From: a virus
Taxonomy: Duplodnaviria; Caudoviricetes
Length of the DNA stretch: 64,000 nt
IMG/VR virus record: IMGVR_UViG_3300035670_000009
Span: 96,001 to 160,000 of that record
Strand: one strand, 5' to 3'
A program made the position numbers and the translations under genes. The number at the start of each line of letters is the position of its first letter. Within the stretch, counting starts at the first letter, position 1. The notes under the pieces are model-generated. The model did not search any database. It had not been told where the DNA came from and was given only the letters and a program-made list of their open reading frames with translations. Shown in pieces: positions 45,631 to 54,899 of the stretch.

Positions 45631-48519
45631 TTAAACCACGCCAACAATCGGATACGTACCGTTGATGATCTGTGGTTCGGGTTCTTTGAATTCCGGTTGC
45701 CGGTATTCGCCTGCCAAATCGCCGGAACCGCTGTTGCGCCGTTTATCGCGCAACCCGTCGCCAATTATTTCGACAATTTCGAAATCCTGCTCAGCGAAGG
45801 CTGGCTCTTCGTTCAGCCATTTCCTGCCTGGAAATGGAAACGTCTCTCCGGCAACCTTTGTTTCAACAGACTTTTCTGTCCAACGTTCAGGGATTTTGCC
45901 AGCCAACCGGGCCAACTGCTGCCAACGATCTTCGTAAAGCATGAAATCTGGAACGCGATATTGCTCGTCGTTACGGAAAGAAAATTCCATGATGTCGATC
46001 ACGCGCGCGTTGCCCGGTTGTTTGTCTTCATACCACAACCCTTCGAGGTATGTTTCGTCAACTGCGTCGCCGAGGTTTGGCAGTACGTCTTCAATGTACG
46101 CGCGTATTTTGTCAACGCCCTCGTCGACCTGCGCCTGGCACTTTCCGTCGCACGGCCCCACGAAAATGAAACCGTTGGCTGCTTCTTGCGTGAAAACGTG
46201 CCCTTCGCTGGCGAGCAAGTTGCCGCGCGCCAGTACGTTACCGTCGACCACCAAATCTTTGTTGCAGCCGAGCGGCCCGCAAACCAGCGTGAAATCTTTG
46301 CTGAAATAATTCGCTTTTTGCGTATCGTCGTCGGCGCTGGCGCGGAAAAAATGCGCGATCTGGCCGTTTTGGCCAATGTAATGAAAAAGCTGGTCGCTCT
46401 TCGTGACTAGGTCTGCCTCGCCTTTTCCGGCGTCGATCGTGATGTTGCCCGGTTCAATTGTTGAACCACCGCCGCCGGTGCGCAGATAGATTTGATGCGC
46501 CAGGCTCACCACATTCGAGTCTGGTGCGCGCAGCACTACGCCGCCAAAACGAATATCGTCGCCGACCTCTTCGAAGTCGTAATCCTGCACTTCGGAACGA
46601 CTCTCAATAAGCACGCCGCCCGGGCCGCCTTTATTGCCAGCCAGCACGAGCACGTCTTTCTCGCTTTTGATGCGCACGCTCTTTTCGGTCGTGGAGATGT
46701 CCACAGTGCCGTTCGAGCGAATAATGGCGTCGCCGCCGGACCAGATTTGAGAATGGCGGCCGCTTTTGATCCACACGTCGCCCGGCGCTGAGAGCGTAAG
46801 TATGCCGCCGCTCATTTTGATTTCAGCGCCATAACCGTCGCCGATAACCACGCTGCCGTCTTCCAGGATTGAGAGGAACGCCTCAGTTTCGTAGAAGTCT
46901 TGCGTGTTGTACCGGTGATCGACCTTAATCTTTTTTGGCTCGGGTTGTTCGAGGTACATCGACCCTTTGAGGCTCGTGTAGTCTGGCACCTTGAGGTTGT
47001 ACTCAGCGTACGGCAACTCGTCTTGTTCGTAAGTCTTGTAGTCCTTGTAATGCCAGTGGAACGGATGCAGTCCGGCGTAGTTAAAGAGGTAACCGTGCAG
47101 ATCTAGTACGGCGGTGGCGCGCTGCAAATTCGGGTGGTCGCCGCTGGTTTTGATGTCGCCGGTAATATCGTGGTCTGGCCCTGCGCCGAACTGTGACGCG
47201 GCCTTGTAATTCTTTTCAGCGTCATCGCCGTCGCCCGCCTCGATCCGTTTGAGGCGCACCTGCGTGGGCAACAACATTCTTTTGCTGATCGTGATTCCCT
47301 TAGCGCTGGCGATAAATCGGCGCCCGTCCAGCGCTACATTATCTTCGTGCAAACCAATTGGCGGCTTGCCCTCGATTTCGTACGCGGTGTCTTTATCCGG
47401 GCCGCTGTCGCAATTCGGCGCAGCGCCATCGCGGCTCTGGATATTGGAATCGTAAACGCTGCCCGGGCTGCCCGTAGCGCCCTTTTTGTACATCCACCGC
47501 TGTACGCCCTCCGGCGGCGCTTGCACGACAAATCGGCGGCCTTGCCCCAAATAGCCGTAGAATTCTTGCGCGCGGTGGTATGGCTGCTGATATTCGTGTT
47601 TGTTTTCCCAGTGCGCGTAATACGGTTTGCCGTCATAGCACTGATAACAGTTAGGCGGGTACTCCTGAATCATCTGGCCGCCCGGTTGGATCAGGCCAAA
47701 ATGTTCCCACGGATACGGCGAGTAGCCCTGGTAGTCGTTGTACTCACCCTGGTCCATAAACGCGTCGCGTTCGTGGCCTGCGGTCCACGTTTGAAAGTTG
47801 TAACCGCTGATGCGCAACAACGAGTCGTGGTAAAACCCAAACACGCCCGTGAACTCATTCACGGCCATTTGGACCATAAAGTCGTCAAGCGTGACTTTAA
47901 GGCCCGTGGTTGAAATCGCGCCCCATTCGCTGGCTAGCGTTGCGTCGAATGGGCGCCAGGCGCTCCAGTCAACTACCTGGCCCGAGAGCGGCTGCTTAAT
48001 GTACTTTTTGTGGCAGTCGTCAACGCGCTTGCGCGACGCTTGTGTAATGTAGTCGTGGTAAGCGCGCTTGCCGACATCGAGCACGCCAGGAACAGCGCCA
48101 AGAATGTAGCCGGTAGAAAGTTTGTCGTGGACCATTAGGACCACGGGAGTGCCGGGCGAAAAAGTGTTAAGCTCTGCCGCCCCGAAGCAGACTGCGCTGG
48201 TGTTGGTCACCGAGGCGGCAATAATCGGAGCGCGGCCTTTTTCAACCTGCACCCGATAGCAATTGGCAATCGCCGTGCCGTCGACGATCCAGCCAACACA
48301 AACACGCCCGGTGTCCTGAAACCCGGTCTTGAAGCCGACCAGGTTTATATTTGGATCCGCTACCGGCGTGAGCTGCCCGCCGTAAGCTGCCGTTCCCGTG
48401 CGGCTGCCAAACTGTGTGGCGTTTTGCAGCCGCCGGGCGGCCTGCGTCGGGTCGTACGTGTTGTTCGTGCCAGACTGGGGAGTAACCCCAACCGGCTTTC
48501 CGGGAGGCTGCGCGGTCAT
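45631..48519 (-). CDS. Baseplate central spike, VgrG/gp5-like (962 aa)
   Basis: N-terminal OB-fold-like region (WIVDGTAIANCYRV...VLMV...YILGAV); Gly/Val/Ile beta-helix repeats (GSVVIGDGYGAEIKMSGGILTLSAPGDVWIKSGR...). Confidence 0.72.
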   Translation of the reverse strand: MTAQPPGKPVGVTPQSGTNNTYDPTQAARRLQNATQFGSRTGTAAYGGQLTPVADPNINLVGFKTGFQDTGRVCVGWIVDGTAIANCYRVQVEKGRAPIIAASVTNTSAVCFGAAELNTFSPGTPVVLMVHDKLSTGYILGAVPGVLDVGKRAYHDYITQASRKRVDDCHKKYIKQPLSGQVVDWSAWRPFDATLASEWGAISTTGLKVTLDDFMVQMAVNEFTGVFGFYHDSLLRISGYNFQTWTAGHERDAFMDQGEYNDYQGYSPYPWEHFGLIQPGGQMIQEYPPNCYQCYDGKPYYAHWENKHEYQQPYHRAQEFYGYLGQGRRFVVQAPPEGVQRWMYKKGATGSPGSVYDSNIQSRDGAAPNCDSGPDKDTAYEIEGKPPIGLHEDNVALDGRRFIASAKGITISKRMLLPTQVRLKRIEAGDGDDAEKNYKAASQFGAGPDHDITGDIKTSGDHPNLQRATAVLDLHGYLFNYAGLHPFHWHYKDYKTYEQDELPYAEYNLKVPDYTSLKGSMYLEQPEPKKIKVDHRYNTQDFYETEAFLSILEDGSVVIGDGYGAEIKMSGGILTLSAPGDVWIKSGRHSQIWSGGDAIIRSNGTVDISTTEKSVRIKSEKDVLVLAGNKGGPGGVLIESRSEVQDYDFEEVGDDIRFGGVVLRAPDSNVVSLAHQIYLRTGGGGSTIEPGNITIDAGKGEADLVTKSDQLFHYIGQNGQIAHFFRASADDDTQKANYFSKDFTLVCGPLGCNKDLVVDGNVLARGNLLASEGHVFTQEAANGFIFVGPCDGKCQAQVDEGVDKIRAYIEDVLPNLGDAVDETYLEGLWYEDKQPGNARVIDIMEFSFRNDEQYRVPDFMLYEDRWQQLARLAGKIPERWTEKSVETKVAGETFPFPGRKWLNEEPAFAEQDFEIVEIIGDGLRDKRRNSGSGDLAGEYRQPEFKEPEPQIINGTYPIVGVV

Positions 48520-48577
48520 TGTCCACCAGTCACGGTGAGGTTGCGGGCCGAAGCCCCAGGCTTTCGCCTATTACCGT

Positions 48578-48610
48578 AAACGGCGGCTGCGCTTAGCGCA
48601 ACCGCCGTTT
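48578..48610 (-). terminator. Stem-loop after tail tube gene, probable intrinsic terminator
   Basis: AAACGGCGGYTGCGC / GCGCAACCGCCGTTT inverted repeat; only a short U tract. Confidence 0.6.
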
Positions 48611-48641
48611 ATTCGGCATCAGATTGTCTCGCGCGCGCCGA

Positions 48642-49112
48642 TCACTTGTAGTAGAGATCGATGAACACAAAACTCATGTTTTCACTGATCACAACGCCTT
48701 CAGCGGTGACGGATCCGCCAAGCTCGTTGAGCGTGGCGTCAACGCACGTGTAGTTAACGCCGCCGCCGATGACATTCTGCCCGCACGGCTTCTGGCGGGC
48801 GTCAATCTCCAAGTTACGCGGGTTGCAGATGTTGCCGAAAGCCTGGGCCATATCCTTGAAAGACTCTCTACCGCCCACGACGCGGCGGAACTGGGCCGTG
48901 CCCGAGCGCCGGTTACCGACGTAGTAAACGGCTGGAGAGCCGATTTCGTACAGAATGCTCACCTGACGCGCGCAGCGCCACTGAGCTTCCTGTACCAGAA
49001 GACCCTCAAGGTTTCTATTGCCGGTCCACGAAAGAACCACGTCCTCGGCGCGAAAAGTACCGGCGTGATACTGATCCGCGCCGCCAATGGGCGTGAAAAC
49101 GCTACCTGCCAT
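48642..49112 (-). CDS. Tail tube protein
   Basis: 156 aa, beta-rich, directly after the sheath, AGGAG RBS, strong codon bias. Confidence 0.78.
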   Translation of the reverse strand: MAGSVFTPIGGADQYHAGTFRAEDVVLSWTGNRNLEGLLVQEAQWRCARQVSILYEIGSPAVYYVGNRRSGTAQFRRVVGGRESFKDMAQAFGNICNPRNLEIDARQKPCGQNVIGGGVNYTCVDATLNELGGSVTAEGVVISENMSFVFIDLYYK

Positions 49113-49130
49113 GTGTGATTTCTCCTAAGC

Positions 49131-51965
49131 TCAGACGACCAAATGAAGCTCAATGTTATTGAGCGGGGCCGGAACAACCAGGTCGAGAACGATCTCGATC
49201 CGATCGCGCAGCAGCGGATGAATCCGCAAAATGCGGATCGTGCCGTCGATCAGCTGCGAGCCCAGCTCAATGGTATTACCGTTGGTTTTGAAGAAGTCGA
49301 TGATCTTCGTGACCTCGTAATCCAGCTGGCGCACCATCGACGGAGTCGCATTGGTCCGGCCGATGTACGGACGGAGCCGACGGAGGAACAGGTAGGAAAT
49401 CGAGTCCACGTTGCGGCGGATCATCTCTTCCCGACGATTCAGGTCGAGATTGTCCGTCGTCAACGCGTGCCGCGTGTGCGGCGTGCCGTCACGGTCCTCC
49501 GTCACGATCCACACTCCTGCCTCGGCCATCCGATTCAGCTGCGTTTCGTTGAAGTACTTGTAACTACGCGTGAAATCGTCGAAACCGGCAACCTCGACGT
49601 TCGTGAGTCCCTGCTGCGGGACCACGCCCGACGCAAGACCCGCGAGCGCCGCGGCGAGGTAATAACCCGCCATAAGCGTGCCTGCTTCGCCCACCTGGTC
49701 CGGCCACACTGCGGCGACGCGGCGGTTCGAAAACGCACCGGCCCGCGTTGCGATGTCATCAGCGATCTCGTTGCGGTTGAGATTGTGATGCACCTCGACC
49801 CGCTGCGCGATAGACACAGGAGCGTCGGCGCCCGAGTAAAGCAGCAGCGAATTTTCAGAAAGCACCGCGTCTACAACGAACTCCTGATACTGTTCCTCGC
49901 CGAAACCGTCCACCGTGTACAGGTAACGTACGAGGTCGCCCGGCTGCACTTCGTTCGTAACGAAGTAGCCGCTTCCCTCGGACACCTGCAGCAGCGTGTA
50001 CTGCGTATTGGTGGCGTTCGGATCGTCGCTCAAGGTCGCCAGCACCGGCTCGGGCATTGTGAGTCCGGCCACGCCGGTGATTGCCGCGCCTTCGCCAACC
50101 AGGAGCTTGCTGGTCACCGCCTGCAAGGCGAAGAAACCAGCCTTCCAGTTGTTGGCGTACTCGTTCGACTCACCGTTGATATGCGCGGCGTACAGGTTGT
50201 GAACGCGAACGTCAAACGTCATCGGGACGAGGTTATACATGTCGTCCCGGCCCTTGATGCGCTCAAGAACCTGAACCCAGCTATCAAGATCCGTCGGCTC
50301 AAGAACCGCTGTGTACTTCACCACGGTTCCGTTGCTGTTGGAAAGCGCCTTGTAGACGCCCCACTTCAGCGGGTTGTCCGGGTGAAGCTGACCCGCAATC
50401 TTGTCCAGCTCGGCCACGCTCTGCACGCTGTTGACCTCGTCGGTCAGATCGCTAAGCCACTCGCGGTACTCGACGTAAAGCGTACCGCCACGAACGTCGA
50501 GCGGCTGTTCAACGCCGTTATCGGTCCATTCGGGATGGTAGGCGACGATGCCCTCGTGCACACAGATCTGCGTTGCTTCCTGCGCGTAGTTCTTCAACGG
50601 CGCAAAACCGATGCGGTTCTCAGACACCTGAATGTTGTCTTTGATGAACAGCCGCAGCTCGATGTCAGAAGCCGACGCAATTTCAAGCGGAAGATCGTCG
50701 CGAAGGATCAGCCGCCGAACAGGTCCGGCCTGGCTCGATTCCGCATTGATGTACCACTTGTCGCCCTTACGCAGCCCAGGAACCGGATCACCGGCATCTG
50801 CACCGTGGAAAGTGATCGTCACACCGTGCGAACCGATAGCCACCGCCACGTTGTGATCAACGACTTCGGTCGGGCCCGAATAGTCGAGACCCTTCACAGT
50901 GCGAACGGTGATCTCGGGAAAACCGGTCGGGCTGCTCTCGTCGAACAGGCCGCCCTTGGTGCACTCGACGATGTAGACGTCGTTCTTGTCGCCGTCGTAG
51001 CCGTCGCCGCCCGAGGTCGCTTCGACCTTGGTGAACTCCTGCTCCACGACTACGCGCCACTTCTGGCCGGTCACTAGCGCGTCCGGCGCGACGTTATCGT
51101 CGTCCGCCGCCACTGAGCAAGCGCTCGACGGATCGTAATCGAATGTCACCGTAAGCCCGCGGGTACCGATCGCCGTCGGCGTGCCCCAGTCTTCGGGCGT
51201 AACCTCAGCCACGTCGTCGTTGCCACTCGCCGAGCGGACGCGCAGCCGAGCAGCCGCGCAACCAACGACTGAGCTCTTGATAACCTCGATTGTGTACTCT
51301 TCTTCGATGTCGCCATCGACGAGGCCGTCGTACTCAGAAGCGTCGACCGAGGCCACGATGCAGTTATCGGGCCCCGCGATCTTCGTGAGCGTAGCGCTCG
51401 TCGACCCAACGGCATCCTGATTGTCCTGATCAGCCGCGGCCTCTTCGATCTGCGACGCGACCAGCTCGCTGGCGAAACCGGTGACAGTTGTCCACAGTTC
51501 CTTTTCCTCGCAGCTCTCGCTGTCGACTGCGCGAAGATAAACCACGTCGCCGCGCTGAACATCGCGATCGTTGAAGACCGAGCTGCGCGGATAGGCCACG
51601 CCATTGCTCTTGAACGCCAAGTCGCTCGACTGAATCCAGTTCGTGCGACCGCTGACCGCGGTGATCGTGGTCGACGTGTCGCCGAGCATGTGCTCGTAGA
51701 AGAGCAGCAACGCGTCGTCGATGTACAGCTTGGTGTACGACTCGTCGACGTTCGAACCCGGCAAACGACGCGGCCATGCGTAGCAGGCGTCGTTCAGATA
51801 GTCGTACGCGCCCAGACGGCAATCTCGTTTTTCGTCCGCGTCGTTGTAGCGATGGAGCATCGCGTGCGGGCCGGAGATATGAGCGCGCAGCGGCTCCGTG
51901 ATCTCCGTCGGGATGATCTGGAATTCCTGGAAAACGAGAACTTGTGGTTTAACGTAGCTCGACAT
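49131..51965 (-). CDS. Tail sheath protein (944 aa)
   Basis: C-terminal LNRMAEAGVWIV...RHALTT...REEMIRRNVDSI...YIGRTN...IVLDLVVPAPLNNIELHLVV is the conserved sheath C-domain; strong codon bias. Confidence 0.9.
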   Translation of the reverse strand: MSSYVKPQVLVFQEFQIIPTEITEPLRAHISGPHAMLHRYNDADEKRDCRLGAYDYLNDACYAWPRRLPGSNVDESYTKLYIDDALLLFYEHMLGDTSTTITAVSGRTNWIQSSDLAFKSNGVAYPRSSVFNDRDVQRGDVVYLRAVDSESCEEKELWTTVTGFASELVASQIEEAAADQDNQDAVGSTSATLTKIAGPDNCIVASVDASEYDGLVDGDIEEEYTIEVIKSSVVGCAAARLRVRSASGNDDVAEVTPEDWGTPTAIGTRGLTVTFDYDPSSACSVAADDDNVAPDALVTGQKWRVVVEQEFTKVEATSGGDGYDGDKNDVYIVECTKGGLFDESSPTGFPEITVRTVKGLDYSGPTEVVDHNVAVAIGSHGVTITFHGADAGDPVPGLRKGDKWYINAESSQAGPVRRLILRDDLPLEIASASDIELRLFIKDNIQVSENRIGFAPLKNYAQEATQICVHEGIVAYHPEWTDNGVEQPLDVRGGTLYVEYREWLSDLTDEVNSVQSVAELDKIAGQLHPDNPLKWGVYKALSNSNGTVVKYTAVLEPTDLDSWVQVLERIKGRDDMYNLVPMTFDVRVHNLYAAHINGESNEYANNWKAGFFALQAVTSKLLVGEGAAITGVAGLTMPEPVLATLSDDPNATNTQYTLLQVSEGSGYFVTNEVQPGDLVRYLYTVDGFGEEQYQEFVVDAVLSENSLLLYSGADAPVSIAQRVEVHHNLNRNEIADDIATRAGAFSNRRVAAVWPDQVGEAGTLMAGYYLAAALAGLASGVVPQQGLTNVEVAGFDDFTRSYKYFNETQLNRMAEAGVWIVTEDRDGTPHTRHALTTDNLDLNRREEMIRRNVDSISYLFLRRLRPYIGRTNATPSMVRQLDYEVTKIIDFFKTNGNTIELGSQLIDGTIRILRIHPLLRDRIEIVLDLVVPAPLNNIELHLVV

Positions 51966-51969
51966 GCGT

Positions 51970-51985
51970 CAGGCCTCCATGCCTA
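51970..51985 (-). promoter_or_regulatory. RBS hairpin of sheath gene, UAGGC-AUGGAG-GCCUG; candidate CsrA site
   Basis: Four Watson-Crick pairs plus a U-G pair closing an AUGGAG hexaloop that carries the SD. Confidence 0.65.
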
Positions 51986-52013
51986 AATGTCGTGATGGAC
52001 GTGGCTGCGAGTT

Positions 52014-52019
52014 AGTATA
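52014..52019 (-). promoter_or_regulatory. Candidate -10 element (TATACT) for the sheath-tube operon
   Basis: Intergenic, about 50 nt upstream of the sheath start; no convincing -35. Confidence 0.35.
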
Positions 52020-52071
52020 GCGCACCCCAGCGCAACAAAAAAATCCGTTTCACGACGATGTGAAAAGTCCC

Positions 52072-52785
52072 TTAATACGACAACAGGTCGGTCGCCTTAA
52101 AGACAATCCGCTTGAGGCGCGGCGCATACGGCTGGAGCGTCCAGGCTTCCTCGGCCATGTATGCCACTGTTACAGGTACGGCGTAGCCCTGCAACGCTTC
52201 TTGAACTTCGCCAACCCCGCCAACTTCGCTGACAAAAAACTGGTGAAGGTTCATTTGTTCGCGAATCCAGGGTCCGAAGTTGTGCAAAAATTTAACGGTC
52301 TCCGTTGCGAGAAACTCTGTTTCAGCGCCCGCGGGAGCCAGGCAAAACAGCGTGTGGCTGCCTTCCCAAAAACCCACGTATGAAGTCGCCCCCTCGTATA
52401 CGTTTGTGAACAACTTGTCGCCAATTCCCTGCCGCATCCAGCGCCAACCATTTCTTTTTATCAAAATAGCCGGGCGCTTGTCGGCCGTTGCTGGCTGCCA
52501 GCGTGTGATACTTTCTATCAAAATACCGCCCGCGTTTAAACCGTTGTCGCTCGGCCGCCACATGCCGATTTCTGCAAGCTGCCGCCGGACGCGCGGTTCT
52601 TCAATATTGTTCGGATCGGAGAAATGGGCCAGCAAAAGCTGCCGCAACAGCCCCGTCATAACATGCGGCCGCATGCCATACGAGCAAAGCGAAGAAACCT
52701 TATCGACGCGGTTTTCCGGCTGGCTTCCCGCGGGAAACTGCTCTTCGACCTCCGGCGGATTCGGCGAGTTGTTGCAGTCGCTCAA
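52072..52785 (-). CDS. Putative tail terminator/neck protein (237 aa)
   Basis: TTG start with AAAGGA; position between neck genes and sheath; PAILIKR motif. Confidence 0.55.
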   Translation of the reverse strand: MSDCNNSPNPPEVEEQFPAGSQPENRVDKVSSLCSYGMRPHVMTGLLRQLLLAHFSDPNNIEEPRVRRQLAEIGMWRPSDNGLNAGGILIESITRWQPATADKRPAILIKRNGWRWMRQGIGDKLFTNVYEGATSYVGFWEGSHTLFCLAPAGAETEFLATETVKFLHNFGPWIREQMNLHQFFVSEVGGVGEVQEALQGYAVPVTVAYMAEEAWTLQPYAPRLKRIVFKATDLLSY

Positions 52786-52929
52786 GAAAACCGTCCTTTG
52801 CTGCGTTTTCGCCCGTCATGCGGATTATTGCCAGCATACGCTTTGGCGGGTCGTACAGCCTAATTTTTGGCAGCCCTACCGAAATCTTTTTTGCGTTACT
52901 CATACAATACCTAATTACACAAGAGCACG

Positions 52930-54240
52930 CTAGAAGCGCCAGAAATCGTCCTCTTCTTCCGGCGACGGCGCGGGTAGTCGTTCTTCAGTCTCGGTAATAA
53001 CAGATTCGCTGACCTCGGTTGCCAAGTCGGCTGGCAGGGCGTCGCTTGTTTCAACACCCAGCGCCGCAACAGTCCACACGAATGAGCTTTCAGCGTCTGC
53101 TGGCACGGCGGCAATGTAATCGTAATCAGGCCCCCATTCGCCCGGTTTTTCGTAAAGCACGGCGTAATCACCCGGCTCGACCCGCAGAGATTCTGTCCAG
53201 CGACCGTTTACGCGTGTCGTGGTTCCAGCGACGGCCAAATTGCGGCTAGGCAGCGCCGGGTAAGCGGCGTCAAAAACATCTTTCGGAAAAATGTAAACGT
53301 TTGCGCCCACCACGCTGTAGCCGGTCGCATCCCGGTAGGCCAGGTTGTCGACACCGCCGTAATTGTGATCGACCAGCACGGAACCGCAGCCCAAAATCGG
53401 CAAGGTCGGGCCAGGCCGTTCAGCTGGTTCGCCGCCTATTTCTATCGCATAAATAGCGTTGGTCAGCGGCACGAGGCCCATTTCGACGTCGTAAATCAAC
53501 GGTACGCCCCGGATGGCGGCGGCTACCTTGATGGAGTGAATGATCCAGCGCTCATCGCTTGCGCCATTCACCCAGATGTCATTGGTGTTCAGGGTCGGAA
53601 AACCGATGACGCGCGCGCGGGTCATGTGGTCTTTGCGGGTCGTGCCCAGGGCGTTGGTGTCCTGGTCCTCGGTGATCGTGTACGGCGCCACGTCCCAGCA
53701 CTGCAGCGGCAGGGCCGGGTGGTAGCCCACTTCAAAACCTGTGCCCGAGCAGACCGGGCAGTTGGAGTCTAAAACTTCGCCGGTGAGCTGGTCGCGGCAG
53801 CGGGTGCAGGGCCGTCCAAATCGGAAGGGCTTGATCAGGAAGCCGGAAACAGAGACGTACTTGTGACGAAGCTGCTCCTTGCGGATGATTTCGCGGGCAA
53901 TGTTCCAATCTCGCTCGGCCAGCTCGCCGAAACAAGAAACAGGCTGGCTGACATAGATATCTTTCGGCGTAGTTAGCGTCACGCGGTAATGCGTTACCAG
54001 GTCGCTACCGGCAGCGCGCCAGACGTCGTCGTAGGCGACGTACCCGTCTGTGACCGGGCCGCCGACGTTGCGCCAGTCCGCCGCGTCGTTTAACGGGGTG
54101 TTGCCATACTGGAGCTGAAAGACGTACGGACCGGGGTCGTTAAAGGTCCGCTCTAGCTGCCACCAGACCCGGGTGACGCCGCGGACCATGTGATCCACGG
54201 CCACCTGGCGGAACGGAAATAAGCGTTTAAAACTGGACAT
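52930..54240 (-). CDS. Putative head-closure/neck protein with Zn-ribbon insertion and C-terminal beta-sandwich
   Basis: CTRC...CPVCSGTGFEVGY motif; neck-region position. Confidence 0.58.
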   Translation of the reverse strand: MSSFKRLFPFRQVAVDHMVRGVTRVWWQLERTFNDPGPYVFQLQYGNTPLNDAADWRNVGGPVTDGYVAYDDVWRAAGSDLVTHYRVTLTTPKDIYVSQPVSCFGELAERDWNIAREIIRKEQLRHKYVSVSGFLIKPFRFGRPCTRCRDQLTGEVLDSNCPVCSGTGFEVGYHPALPLQCWDVAPYTITEDQDTNALGTTRKDHMTRARVIGFPTLNTNDIWVNGASDERWIIHSIKVAAAIRGVPLIYDVEMGLVPLTNAIYAIEIGGEPAERPGPTLPILGCGSVLVDHNYGGVDNLAYRDATGYSVVGANVYIFPKDVFDAAYPALPSRNLAVAGTTTRVNGRWTESLRVEPGDYAVLYEKPGEWGPDYDYIAAVPADAESSFVWTVAALGVETSDALPADLATEVSESVITETEERLPAPSPEEEDDFWRF

Positions 54241-54247
54241 AGACGTT

Positions 54248-54253
54248 ATTGTA
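54248..54253 (-). promoter_or_regulatory. Candidate -10 element (TACAAT) 8 nt upstream of the 54240 ATG (possibly leaderless or short-leader mRNA)
   Basis: Located just downstream of a terminator; no SD between it and the start codon. Confidence 0.35.
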
Positions 54254-54275
54254 GCTGGCCGCGCTGATAGCTAAG

Positions 54276-54309
54276 AAAAACGCTGCGCCCGCCCCGAAGG
54301 GCGGCGCGC
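54276..54309 (-). terminator. Rho-independent terminator with UUCG loop
   Basis: Minus strand GCG-CCGCCC-UUCG-GGGCGG-G-CGC followed by UUUUUCUU. Confidence 0.75.
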
Positions 54310-54330
54310 GAACGCTTTTCTGAATCACGA

Positions 54331-54615
54331 TCACTCGTCTTTCGTCTCGGCCAGCCGTTGTCGGACTATTCCGGGCCAGTCGATACTTTGAACGCAGTCC
54401 TTGAACACGTTTTTCAGGAACGTCGGCGCAACCAGCAAGAACGGGGCGTTCAAGCTCATGAACGCCGCGCGGATCGCGACGCCAATTTTCTCAGCGTCGC
54501 CTGCGTCGCCGTGGTTTTCCGTTACCTCGCGGAGCGTTGGGCCCTCTTCTTGGTCCATCTCGCGAATCCAATTAAGAATTATGGTGCTCAGCTCATTCAG
54601 CTCTGCGGTGCTCAT
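54331..54615 (-). CDS. Hypothetical protein (94 aa), tandem paralog of 54615..54899
   Basis: TAATG coupling; aligns with neighbour. Confidence 0.75.
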   Translation of the reverse strand: MSTAELNELSTIILNWIREMDQEEGPTLREVTENHGDAGDAEKIGVAIRAAFMSLNAPFLLVAPTFLKNVFKDCVQSIDWPGIVRQRLAETKDE

Positions 54616-54899
54616 TAGTTCAGCTCCGGACGAACGAGAAGGTTGTCGATGACATAAGTCCAGTCGACTTTAGCCATAAAGTTGTTGAGCAGCGCCACCG
54701 TCGGGGGCGGGGCCAATGCGACAAACGGGACGTAGGCGACACGAATTGCGTTGGCCAGCGCCTCTCCTATGCTCGCCACGTCGTCTTCTTTGGCGCGCGC
54801 CACTGCCTTTTCCACAAGTGCGCCGCCCGTTCGCTTGTCGAGCTCACGCAAGCTCCGCAACGCGAGCAGCGTTTCTTTGTTAGCCACTGCCAGTGGCAT
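54615..54899 (-). CDS. Hypothetical protein (94 aa), tandem paralog of 54331..54615
   Basis: GAGGAGG RBS. Confidence 0.75.
   Translation of the reverse strand: MPLAVANKETLLALRSLRELDKRTGGALVEKAVARAKEDDVASIGEALANAIRVAYVPFVALAPPPTVALLNNFMAKVDWTYVIDNLLVRPELN

Noticed and set aside
49143-51077. 644-aa plus-strand ORF; also 57185..58249, 56268..57077, 45562..46410 and 40171..40869
   Set aside because: Antisense shadows of strongly codon-biased minus-strand structural genes, with no recognisable motifs or RBS.
31450-51965. Extracellular contractile injection system or T6SS interpretation of the sheath/tube/VgrG/baseplate genes
   Set aside because: Collinear neck, capsid, decoration, scaffold and protease genes indicate a complete tailed phage.
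52048-52065. TTTCAC/GTGAAA hairpin with a nearby T-run after 52072..52785
   Set aside because: Only a 6-bp AT-rich stem separated from the U tract; too weak to call a terminator.
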